DNA of 64,000 nucleotides from the human T2T-CHM13v2.0 reference genome, Homo sapiens (GCF_009914755.1 NC_060930.1); one strand, 5' to 3'; positions 13,930 through 29,794 are shown, counted from the stretch's first letter. Made by a program: numbers and translations. The notes: a model not told the origin generated them from the letters alone.

Positions 13930-14504
13930 ATCACTCTACCTGACTTCAAACTATACTATAATGCCACAGTAACCAAAAACAGCTTGGTACTGGTACAAAA
14001 ACAGACACATAGACAAATGGAACAGAATAGAAAACTTAGAAATATAGCCACACACCTGCAACCATCTGATCTTTGACAAGGCCAATAAAAACAAGCAATA
14101 GGGAGAGAACTCCCTATTCTGTAAATGGTGCTTGGATAACTGGCTAGCCATATGCAGAAGACTGAAGTTGGATCCCTACCTTTCATCAGATATAAAAATT
14201 AACTCAAAATGGATTAAAGATTTAATACCTCAAAGTATGAAAATCCTGGAAGACATCCTAGGAAAAATTCTTTTTGACATCAGCCTTGGCAAAGAAGTTT
14301 TGGCTAAGTTCCTAAAAGCAAATGCCACAAAACCAAAAATAGACAAGTGGGACCTACTTAAACTGAAGAGCTTCTGCACAACCAAATGAACTATCAACAA
14401 AGCAAACAGATAACCTGCAGAATGGGAGAAGATATTCGCAAACTATGCATCCAACGAAGGACTAATATCCAGAATCTATAGGGAACTTAAATAAATAAAC
14501 AAGC

Positions 14505-14537
<33 letters not shown>

Positions 14538-15317
14538 CCCATTAAAAAGTGGGCAAAGGACATGAACAGACACTTCTCAAAAGAAGATATAAAGTAGCCA
14601 ATACACATGAAAAAATGCCCAGCATCACTAATCACTAGAGAAATGGAAGTCAAAACCACAATGAGATACCATCTCATACCAGTCAGAGGCTGTGAAGAAA
14701 AGGGAATGCTTATACCCTGTTGTGGGAATGGAAATTAATCCAGCCACTGTGGAAAACAGTCTGGAGATATCTCAAATAACTTAGAACTATCATTTGACCC
14801 AGCAATCCCATTACTGGGTATATACCCAAAAGAAAATAAATCATTCTACCAAAAAGACACCTGCACTCATATGCTCATTGCTGCACTATTCACAATAGCA
14901 AAAACAGGGAATCAGCCTAGGTGTCCATCAAAGTGTGGTACATATACACAATGGAATACTATACAGGCATAAAAAAATAACCAAATAATGTCCTTTGTAG
15001 CAACATGGAGGGAGCTGGAGGCCATAATCCAAAGCAAATTACTGCAGGAACAGAAAACTAAAATACCTCATGTTCTTACTTATAAGTGGGAGCTAAACAT
15101 TGAGCTCTCATGGACATAAATACGAGAACAATAGTCACTGTGTACTACTAGAGGGTTCAGGGGAGGTGTTTAAGAACTACTTGTTGGGTACTATGCTCAC
15201 TAACTGGGTGATGAGATCTTACTCCAAACTTCAGCATCATGCAATATTCCCATGCAACTAATCTGCATACATGCCACCTGTATCTAAAAGAAAAGTTGAA
15301 TTTTTTTAAAAAAAAGA
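13930..15317 (+). mobile_element. 5'-truncated L1PA15-17-like LINE-1 (ORF2 C-terminal remnant + 3' UTR)
   Basis: Fragment [19 protein letters not shown]...[14 protein letters not shown]; 3' end ctccaaacttcagcatcatgcaatattcccatg...aaaagttgaa; internal (TAA)n at ~14504-14536. Confidence 0.9.
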
Positions 15318-15956
15318 ATATTCACAGAAGATATATTAGAGTTTAAAATTGATATGTGGAAAAGATTTGAGAGATGAGACATAAGGAAGTCTATTTTTGT
15401 TGAGTAAACAGTACATGTTTACTTTCATAACTGTAAAATTTGGATCACTTGAACACATGGAAAATATACTGTGTAATCCCCATACTTAAATTTTAAAATA
15501 AAGGCAAGTATTTGGAGGAATCAATTTTCTTCACAAAAAGTCTGAGACTGTATCTGAAAGTCACTACTAGTTATTCTACAATAACGCTCAATGCTTTTTA
15601 AAGTTGAATGTCTTTTCTGAATTTCATAAAGCTAGTTTAAATTCAAGACTCTTTACTGATACAGTGACTATTAATATTTACTGCATTTGGCCAATATATA
15701 CTATAACTCCTTATTTTGAACTAAATACGTTAATAGAGAAGTTGAAAGCTCTCTAAATTATACATACACATGTAAACTTTTAAGTAATGAATTGATATAT
15801 ATATGAAATTAATTTAATCTTAAAATTACAAAAAAAAACACCCTGCAATGTCTTTACTTACACAAACCTTAGTTTTTATTAAGACACTGAATATAAAAAT
15901 GCTGAATTTCAATTATTTCTCCAACTCCCCATCATTCTTAAGATATTCTCATTTCT

Positions 15957-15964
15957 TGCACGCG

Positions 15965-16017
<53 letters not shown>
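15957..16017. repeat. (CG)n(CA)n alternating purine-pyrimidine microsatellite
   Basis: tgcacgcgcgcgcacata followed by ~21 CA units. Confidence 0.95.
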
Positions 16018-16019
<2 letters not shown>

Positions 16020-16274
16020 TCCTGGTTGAGTTATAGGACATCCTGGTAAGAGTGTCTGCATAAAGCAAGAAACTGCTTACTACTTGTTTATTATTATCGC
16101 TTTACTTCTTTATGAAAGAAGATTGTTTTGGGACCAGCTCCTAAAAGTCATAGGGAAACCACCAGAATTATTTGCACATTTCTTTGCAAAAGAATTGCAG
16201 AAAGTATAAAGCTTATTCTAAAGATCCAGTATTGGTCACAGGCAAATCATGAAGAGGGTCTCATTTGTCTTTGA

Positions 16275-16685
<411 letters not shown>

Positions 16686-16772
16686 TTACCCACTCTAACA
16701 AGTATTTGCATTTTTATAAGGACCAAATCCTTAAAGTAAATGGATAAAATTTTGTTGCAAGAAATTATCGAG

Positions 16773-16799
16773 TGTATGTGCGTGTGTGTGTGTGTGTGC
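16773..16799. repeat. (TG)n microsatellite
   Basis: direct reading. Confidence 0.85.
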
Positions 16800-17889
16800 A
16801 AATAGGAGTATATGGATCATTGTAACATCATATCATAGGGCCAGTGATCTGTTTCATGTATGCAGATTTGGAGCTTCAATGCTCTAAACACTGAGATTAT
16901 ATTGCCCTTCCTCCCATTTGTTATTTAAAATAAAAACAATATTAAACTATAAAATAAATGCAAGGAGTTCAGCAAAGTTCTGGCTTTTCTAATGGCGTTT
17001 CCTTGAATTTATTTTAATATTAATTTGAAATGTTTTCAAACATACTGATTTTTTTTTTTTCACTGTCTTTGGACCTCTGCTTACCTCTGAAGCCATAAAC
17101 CAGACACTGGTGCTGCCCGTTGGTGACCCAGCAGAGTCTGCATGGTGAGGTCTTTTCTGCTATGATGAAAGCTAGCTTTCCAGGAAAAGTAATAGTGAGA
17201 CAGCCTCATCAAGGGTCATTTGACACGGGTACAAAATGCTGACTTCTTTTTAGTACATTTATAAATTGGTAAGTATTTAGAAAGATCCTCTTTAGGACTA
17301 ATTAGCCCCCCCTCAAAACTGTATATAAATTCATACAAAGTCAGGAAGGATGATAGCAGTAATACCTCTTGGGTACCTGGGCTCCTTACTTACTCTCCAA
17401 GCCTCTTCCTGACCTAACTCTTTCACTGCTCCCAGCTCCTGAGTCAATACTATCTACCTCATCCCTCTCCTGGTGGGATTTGACTAAATCCCTAAACCTC
17501 TGTCCCGGTCTTACAGTTGCAATTGCCTATTGTAGTATTGTCTTAGGGGGTTCAAGACAAATCAGGCAGAGGTGGAGCAAAGTCTGGCTGCACAGCAGGG
17601 TCTGTAGCAAATAAATCATGTGATGGGAGACTCAGGCCAAGAGGCACCTCCAAGCAGGATTGGTGTGCCCGAGAATCTGGGTAGGGTGAGGGAAGAGCCT
17701 AAAGTGATGAGTTCCACCAGCAAAATGCCTGCCCTTCACCTTCTGCCCTATTTCAATCTGAGTAAACTACCATGATTCACTAAGAAAAAAAAGAAAAGAA
17801 AGGCCACAAATACAGTAGTCAGATTCCTCTGAGTTATCAGTTCTGACATCTTGAACCATGCCAGGGGCATTAATATGAAAATGAGTCAT

Positions 17890-18185
17890 TTTATTTTTAA
17901 ATACATTTTTTATTATTTTATTTCAAATTAATGCACAGTAATTGTAGAAAATTAGGAAAATGTAAATAAGTAAAAAGAAGAAACAAGAATCTCAAATATA
18001 CTACCCACATATAAATATTGTTAATATAAAATAATTTTGCTGTGTCTATACACTGTGGTCATGCGTAATGTATGTTATCTATCTATCTTTAAAATAAGGT
18101 CAAACTGTACAAACCATTGGAAGTTTGCCTTTTTTCATATAACTATATGTTGTGGATATCTTTAACAGAATCATTTTCAAGTGGT
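17890..18185 (-). mobile_element. Ancient L1M (ME/MC) 3' fragment
   Basis: attgtagaaaattaggaaaatgtaaataag...ctacccac...tttgccttttttcatataac. Confidence 0.5.
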
Positions 18186-19241
18186 TTTCCTTTACCCTTT
18201 TCTTTTCATAGCGTGATTTGACATCTCTTTAATCTTGTACGTTCAGTCATTTTGAATTATCTGATATAGTTGTTTTAAAGTATGTTTTCAATAGCCTCTT
18301 ATTAAGTCCAATTTTTATATAAAGAATTTTAACTGAGAAATTGTTAAGGCAGACAAAGAGAGCAAAAGAAAAATGACTAAGACAAGAGAAGTGTTGACTT
18401 AAAACAAAATACTTAATACATTTTGAAGGTTTTTTCCTGAGTTTTAAATGAAAACAAACCACTCCAATTCCCAACTTGTCCCAGAGCTCTTGAGACACAC
18501 GTCTATTCAACTTAAATTATTATAAATTGCTATCGTACGTGTATTCCTATGGATAAAACATACAGTAAGTGCCTAGAAGGGAATCATTCTGTGAAAATAC
18601 AGGCCCAAGTAACATAGTTCAGCATGATTCCCCAAATTACTTTGTGATTCTAAATTTCATGGTTTTTCATAGCACACTGAATGTGTTCAGTCTCATTCTG
18701 TGAGTGTACCACTATGAGGGTTCTTTACAGATGTCCCTACACAAAAGGTCTCTCAACCTGCTTTTTCCCCTTGTCTGAAGACATCTATCCAGACAATGGG
18801 ACCGTCTACATTACAGTGTGGAATTACTATATTAAGATCCTGTCTAAATTATCTTTTTCTTATCATCTAAAGAGATATCGTTTAACTATCAGATAATGAA
18901 TGTTTTCCTTCATACTATAATCTTGATTTAAATAGTTCCAGACTCTTCTGGTGGATTCACCTGTTCAACAGTTGTGGTACATCACTTTACTGCTTTACAG
19001 GATTTAAACTGGGTTATTCATTTCTTTTTTTTTTTTATTATACTTTAAGTTTTAGGGTACATGTGCACATTGTGCAGGTTAGTTACATATGTATACATGT
19101 GCCATGCTGGTGCGCTGCACCCACTAACTCGTCATCTAGCATTAGGTATATCTCCCGATGCTATCCCTCCCCCCTACCCTCACCCCACAACAGTCCCCAG
19201 AGTGTGATATTCCCCTTCCTGTGTCCATGTGATCTCATTGT

Positions 19242-23069
<3,828 letters not shown>

Positions 23070-23132
23070 TATGATGTTAGCTGGTTATTTTTCTCGTTAG
23101 TTGATGCAGTTTCTTCCTAGTCTCGATGGTCT

Positions 23133-24149
23133 TTACATTTTGGCATGATTTTGCAGTGGCTGGTGCCGGTTGTTCCTTTCCATGTTTAGTGCTTCCTTCA
23201 GGAGCTCTTGTAAGGCAGGCCTGGTGGTGACAAAATCTCTCAGCATTTGCTTGTCTGTAAAGTATTTTATTTCTCCTTCACTTATGAAGCTTAGTTTGGC
23301 TGGATATGAAATTGTGGGTTGAAAATTCTTTTCTTTAAGAATGTTGAATATTGGCCCCCACTCTCTTCTGGCTTGTAGGGTTTCTGCTGAGAGATCCGCT
23401 GTTAGTCTGATGGGCTTCTCTTTGATGGTAACCCGACCTTTCTCTCTGGCTGCCCTTAACATTTTTTCCTTCATTTCAACTTTGGTGAATCTGACAATTT
23501 TGTGTCTTGGAGTTGCTCTTCTCGAGGAGTATCTTTGTGGCGTTCTCTGTATTTCCTGAATCTGAACGTTGGCCTGCCTTGCTAGATTGGGGAAGTTCTC
23601 CTGGATAATATCCTGCAGAGTGTTTTCCAACTTGGTTCCATTCTCCCCATCACTTTCAGGTACACCAATCAGACGTAGATTTGGTCTTTTCACATAGTCC
23701 CATATTTCTTGGAGGCTTTGCTCATTTCTTTTTATTCTTTTTTCTCTAGACTTCCCTTCTTGCTTCATTTCATTCATTTCATCTTCCATCGCTGATACCC
23801 TTTCTTCCAGTTGATCGCATCGGCTCCTGAGGCTTCTGCATTCTTCACGTAGTTCTCGAGCCTTGGTTTTCAGCTCCATCAGCTCCTTTAAGCACTTCTC
23901 TGTATTGGTTATTCTAGTTATACATTCTTCTAAATTTTTTTCAAAGTTTTCAACTTCTTTGCCTTTGGTTTGAATGTCCTCCCGTAGCTCAGAGTAATTT
24001 GATTGTCTGAAGCCTTCTTCTCTCAACTCGTCAAAGTCATTCTCCATCCAGCTTTGTTCTGTTGCTGGTGAGGAACTGCGTTCCTTTGGAGGAGGAGAGG
24101 TGCTCTGCTTTTTAGAGTTTCCAGTTTTTCTGTTCTGTTTTTTCCCCAT
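23133..24149 (-). CDS. ORF1: L1 ORF1p RNA-binding/chaperone protein, 338 aa, open
   Basis: MGKKQNRKTGNSK...QNHAKM, canonical length; REKG, ARR and YPAKLS motifs intact. Confidence 0.95.
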   Translation of the reverse strand: MGKKQNRKTGNSKKQSTSPPPKERSSSPATEQSWMENDFDELREEGFRQSNYSELREDIQTKGKEVENFEKNLEECITRITNTEKCLKELMELKTKARELREECRSLRSRCDQLEERVSAMEDEMNEMKQEGKSREKRIKRNEQSLQEIWDYVKRPNLRLIGVPESDGENGTKLENTLQDIIQENFPNLARQANVQIQEIQRTPQRYSSRRATPRHKIVRFTKVEMKEKMLRAAREKGRVTIKEKPIRLTADLSAETLQARREWGPIFNILKEKNFQPTISYPAKLSFISEGEIKYFTDKQMLRDFVTTRPALQELLKEALNMERNNRHQPLQNHAKM

Positions 24150-25056
24150 CTTTGTGGTTTTATCTACTTTTGGTCTTTGATGATGGTGATGTAAAGATGG
24201 GTTTTTGGTGTGGATGTCCTTTCTGTTTGTTAGTTTTCCTTCTAACAGAGAGGACCCTCAGCTGCAGGTCTGTTGGAGTACCCTGCCGTGTGAGGTGTCA
24301 GTGTGCCCCTGCTGGGGGCTGCCTCCCAGTTAGGCTGCTCAGGGGTCAGGGGTCAGGGACCCACTTGAGGAGGCAGTCTGCCTGTTCTCAGATCTCCAGC
24401 TGCATGCTGGGAGAACCACTGCTCTCTTCAAAGCTGTCAGACAGGGACATTTAAGTCTGCAGAGGTTACTGCTGTCTTTTTGTTTGTCTGTGCCCTGCCC
24501 CCAGAGGTGGAGCCTACAGAGGCAGGCAGGCCTCCTTGAGCTGTGGTGGGCTCCACCCAGTTCGAGCTTCCAGGCTGCTTTGTTTACCTAATCAAGCCTG
24601 GGCAATGGCGGGCGCCCCTCCCCCAGCCTCGCTGCCGCCTTGCAGTTTGATCTCAGACTGCTGTGCTAGCAATCAGCCAGACTCCGTGGGCGTAGGACCC
24701 TCCGAGCCAGGTGCAGGATATAATCTCGTGGTGCACCTTTTTTTAAGCCCGTCGGAAAAGCGCAGTATTCGGGTGGGAGTGACCCGATTTTCCAGGTGCC
24801 GTCCGTCACCCCTTTCTTTGACTCAGAAAGGGAACTCCCTGACCCCTTGCGCTTCCCAAGTGAGGCAATGCCTCGCCCTGCTTCGGCTCACGCATGGTGC
24901 GCGCACCCACTGACCTGCGCCCACTGTCTGGCACTCCCTAGTGAGATGAACCCGGTACCTCAGATGGAAATGCAGAAATCACGCGTCTTCTGCGTCGCTC
25001 ACGCTGGGAGCTGTAGACCGGAGCTGTTCCTATTCGGCCATCTTGGCTCCTCCTCC
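24150..25056 (-). promoter_or_regulatory. L1 5' UTR: internal sense promoter (YY1 site) and antisense promoter; CpG-rich
   Basis: YY1 core CAAGATGGC at 25037-25045 (minus strand); CpG-dense ~24590-25040. Confidence 0.85.
24605..24913 (+). CDS. ORF0: L1 antisense ORF0, extended 102-aa form
   Basis: MAGAPPPASLPPCSLISDCCASNQ...RVGVTRFSRC matches ORF0; start context gcaATGg; open to 24913. Expression unknown. Confidence 0.7.
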   Translation: MAGAPPPASLPPCSLISDCCASNQPDSVGVGPSEPGAGYNLVVHLFLSPSEKRSIRVGVTRFSRCRPSPLSLTQKGNSLTPCASQVRQCLALLRLTHGARTH

Positions 25057-26880
25057 TAAGCTGTAACTCTATTCATTTCTTATATACGTGGCTGGTTCTG
25101 GGTCCCTTGCGGTAAAATGATGTATCTGGTTTAAAATTAAACACAAAGATTTGATAACTTCTCATTGCTTCTAAGCATGTGAATTCTGTGGTTCAGCCAG
25201 GTAAAGATAATTTTTAAAATCAGAATTAATTTAAACTTGCAGGTGAGCATATGGCTGCTGCATTCATATAATTTCTGCTTGAATGGCCTGTGCTTTTGAT
25301 GTTCTTTGCTTCTCTTTGTAAATCCTTATTTTTCTTTCCATTTGTGATCTATTCAGTTGTTGATTCCATATAACTGGAGAAGCAGTTTTAATGGAATCAT
25401 CAGCAGTTTTCACTAATACTTCTCAGAGTTTTGTAGCCAGGGAGACATTTCTCCCAATTCACCTTTATTTCCTTCTGAGCCTTGAGCATACTCTACTTTT
25501 CCTGAGGAGTGATTTTCAGGAGTATGATTTGCCCCCTGAGAAGGATTTCAGTGATTTGGTAGAGGAATGAAGAGTATAAAGACTTCTTTGCTTAAGCTGT
25601 GTAGCAGCAATTTTCTTCCTTTAAAAGTTAAACCATCTCTTTTCCTTTTCCTACTCTGATATGTTCTCTTACATCAACTCTTTTTTAAAAATTAACATTT
25701 AGAGCCACAGCAGGTTGCTAAGAGTACATAGCATGCCATCGTGTTCCAGGGCCACCATGGCCTCTGCTCCTCCTGAGATCATGATCCCTGTAGAGTCCTC
25801 CCAGATGGATCTCTTATTTTCCTTACCTTTTTCCTCAAGGGCTCTGGAAGCATTTATCTTTTCATTTAAGACCATTTATAACTAGAAACTAAGCTTTAGT
25901 GCTTAGTTCCTTCAGCTGACTTTAGTCTTCCATGATTTCTGTTTCAATGCTAGGGTTTTCTGGTGTTTGATTTTGTTTTCTCTTTGTTCTGAAACATTCA
26001 ACTTTCCTCTCCCCAGCATTCTATCAGGACATAAAATTGATGCCTATCAAACCCTTAGTATAAGAGTCTGTAGTATGTCACATTCATGTAAGTACATCTA
26101 TGCTTGTTTATCATGCCACAAACATGTTAAATGATTTTTATCTTTGCAAAAGGTAACATTAGTGTTCCCTGAAGCCAGGTCACATGGAGTAGAATAGGTA
26201 TAAATTCAGTAAACATAAATCCTGTGTTTTTTTCTTATGTTTTCAAGTCAATATTTTTCTATACACATATTTGCTTATATGTTTAGAAGTTGTTACTTGA
26301 TGATTAGGGTTGTGATGAATGATACCATCCTTAGACCTAAAAAATTTGTTAAATTAACTTTTTGGTTCATATGGTGCACTCTAGTGGGGTCTACTTGAAT
26401 TACAAACTGTCCTGTTCCCAGCTCCTTCCATCATTTTTGAAGATTGGGGAATTATCAGAGAGGCAGAAATTAACTAAAAATATACTGTGGCATAACATAT
26501 ATCATTTAAAAACTGGTGAACTCTTCTGAATAAAAGAAACATAGATCCAGAAAGGAGGTGGAAGTATCCAGTTCTTTCTATTGCTTCTAATGAGCACTTC
26601 ACCTAAGTCAATCCAGAAGATAGATTTCTACCCTAAGCATATGTCTGAAGGAGAGAAGTAAATCATGCAACATAACTATTTTGTGTTTACTTTGAAAAGG
26701 TTTCAAATCGATGTTAAACATCATTATCATCAAATATTTACAGAGCATGAGTTTTGTACTTAAAAGTGTACAAGATGCTATGATTATTTTTTCCTGGGCT
26801 ACTACATACATTATAACTACTGACAAGCCAGTACATTCAAGTGTATCTTTACATTTAATTGGAAAATCAAAATAGAATTC

Positions 26881-27152
26881 TTTTTTTTGAGACAGAATCT
26901 CACTCTGTCACCGAGGCTGGAGTGCAGTGGTGTGATCATAGCTCATTGTAAGCTCAAACTCCTGTCCTCCTGCCTCAGCCTTCCAAGTAGCTGGGACTAT
27001 AGGTGTGTGCCACCACTCTGCTTTCCCTGGACTAATTTTTAAATTTTTTGTAGAGATGAGTCCTCACTTTGTTTCCCAGGCCTCAAGCAATCCTCCTGCC
27101 TCAACTTCCCAAAGAACTGGGGTTACAGATATGAGCCACTGGGCTGGGCCCC
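26881..27152 (-). mobile_element. AluJ with small internal deletions
   Basis: gtgatcatagctca, ctcaagcaatcctcctgcc (J features); TSD aaaatagaattc / aaaatagaactc. Confidence 0.88.
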
Positions 27153-27178
27153 TAAAATAGAACTCATAGGATGAGGTG

Positions 27179-27531
27179 TATATTAGTCTGTCTCACCCTG
27201 CTAATAAAGACATATCTGAGACTGCGTAATTTACAAAGGAAAGAGGTTTAATGGACTCACCTTATGATTGTGAGGAAGGCCTCACAATCATGGCAGAAGG
27301 CAAATGAGGAGCAAAGTCACATCTTACATGGTGGCAGGCAAGAGAGCTTGTGCAGGGGAACTCCCATTTATCAAACCATCAGATCTCAGGAGACTTATTC
27401 ACTAATATGGGAAGACTATGGGGGAAACCACCCCCATGATTCAATTATCTCCACCTGGCCTTGCCCTTGACACGTGGGGATTATTACAATTCAAAGAGAG
27501 ATTTGGGTGGGAACACAGCCAAACCATAGCA
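27179..27531 (-). mobile_element. THE1 (B-like) solo LTR
   Basis: tattagtctg...gcccttgacacgtggggattattacaattcaa...cacagccaaaccatagca; 5-bp TSD aggtg / gggtg. Confidence 0.9.
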
Positions 27532-27719
27532 GGGTGATACCATAACACTGTGGAAAATAGCCATGTTCTGCCAATAATGTTGGAGACCAGAGATATTCTT
27601 CATGGAAAATTTCTAGTCCATTTTCTTTTAATATAGCACATTTTCATTTCTGTGTGATTTTTTAAAAAAGAAAATCCAATAGACAATGTAGATATGAAGC
27701 TGTGCAATGTTGAAAGCAG

Positions 27720-27848
27720 AGAGGACTGAGAATTAAGAGATCTGGATTCTAGTTGGTGTGCTTTCACCAGCCAGCTTAGAGACTGGGCAAGCCAGTGAAC
27801 AGTCTGGTCTTCCACTTTTTCATCTGTAAGACTAGGAGGTTAGCCAAA
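27720..27848 (+). mobile_element. MIR/MIR3 fragment
   Basis: agatctggattctag...ctgggcaagcc...tttttcatctgtaag. Confidence 0.55.
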
Positions 27849-29794
27849 TATTTCTTCATTGGTTGGTTCATTAGTTGATCCTAACTATGACATTGCATTG
27901 TTCACAAGTAGAAACACTATTTTTCACAGTCCCTGAAAATCTGTGAGAAATTTAGGGTACTTTAACGTTCATATTAAAGTCCTGTCCAAAGGAGAAAGTC
28001 GTATTAACTAGTTAATACTAGTCGTTTGTAACATAATTCAGACAAATAAGAATCATAGAAGAATGTTCTTTGAACATTCTCATTTGTTGGAAATGTTTAC
28101 ATTCTCTTGGATCACTAGAACTCGGTAGTTATGAAAGGTTTATAGTACTCATAACAGAAAGGAATGCTTAATTGCATAATAGGAACTTTTTGATAAGAAA
28201 ATATGGATACAGATAGACTCCGTCAAAGTCCATATATATCCTTCAGTTTGGCATGCATGGGAAAACATTATTCACATGTTCTTCTCATAATTATTATTAA
28301 ACCTATATTAATATATAATATAATAAAGATTTTTAGAGATGACTTTAAATATCTCTATATGCCTAAGGTTTTATATTAGGCCATAATAAAATGTGTGGAT
28401 TCTGAATAATAATTTCTGGTTGTTACTTAAAATTTATACAGAAATATATTCTGCTAAATGAAACAAAGTTGAGGCAAGAATCAATGGCATGAGAGCTTCC
28501 TTGAGAAATGATTAAGTCCATCGCTTTGCCCACCTCTAAACCTATGTGCTACATTATCTGAAGAGAAAGAGACACTGACCTATTTTTAAATTCCCCATTC
28601 TGGTAGGTTCCTCAGTCCTCCTGAGTAATGCCCACATTCCTGTGTCTGACTCTTCAGATTCCTGCCTCCTCTTCAGGATATGGTGGTAACTATGTCAGCA
28701 TTTAAAGAATGAAAAATTAAATATCATAGGGTACATAATTTATGCTACAAATTAATCCCCATTTCATTCACATATTCCATTGGTTCTCTGTTTTGCTTTT
28801 ATCTCACCATGATTATCAAGTAGATGTAGTTAAATAATATCTTCACCTTCTGCCATTTAAAAAATAATAGCTCTTAGTGCTTAGTAGGTACTGGGCAGTA
28901 TGTAAACACCAGGGTTAGAGTCAAGTAATTATTTTAAGACCTAAATTTGTTCTTTTTCTGATTTTATTAATGTCCCTAATTCCACAACATGAACTCTGTG
29001 GTAAACTACTTAATAAACTACTACCAAACGAAACAGTTGATTCAGTCAATATAGGGACAACATGTAGTCAAGATTTAAACAAAATTCTATTCAACAGCAA
29101 AGTCAGTTAAGAAAAAAGAAAACAACACTAATAAAACTATATTTGGATTCACACCAAACCAAGTATTTTGTTATAGTATAATACAATTCTTGCTAGTTTC
29201 TCATATATACATAAAGCAAATTTTAAAAAATCACCAAAATGTTGAAATATTATTCACTCAAGATTGGTAAGGTACTTGTCCCTGATGCTAATGAAATGTA
29301 CTGAAGTCATGATATGAAATGTAAGCTTACTACAAAAGCTTTAATCATTTATGTTACAGTTCTACATTAAGGCACAAGCCAAGAGCAGTTGAAGAATTTG
29401 CCATATAGAGACCCAGATCAAGTTTCTGCATTTAATGAGCTACAAAAGGACACTATATTTAGCTCATGTCTCAGAGCAGTAATTCAGTCATTACCTCTAT
29501 CTTGTAAAAAGATTGTTGGAAACAAGTCATTTTAAAAGCTGTTAAAATATCCTAACTTGATGAATTCATTCTAAAAATGGATACTATATAGATTAGTGCA
29601 GGAAATATATAAATACTATAAGAGGATTCACTTCCCCAGAAATTCACATATAGTCCATCTCAGGGGAAAAAATGCTGATTCCAATCCAGTAACAATTACC
29701 TCCTATAAATTTATCTGTCATAGGTTATTTCCCATCATCTTGGTATGTTCAGACTCTATAAATAAATCCACGGTGGTTAGAAATGTCACACTAA

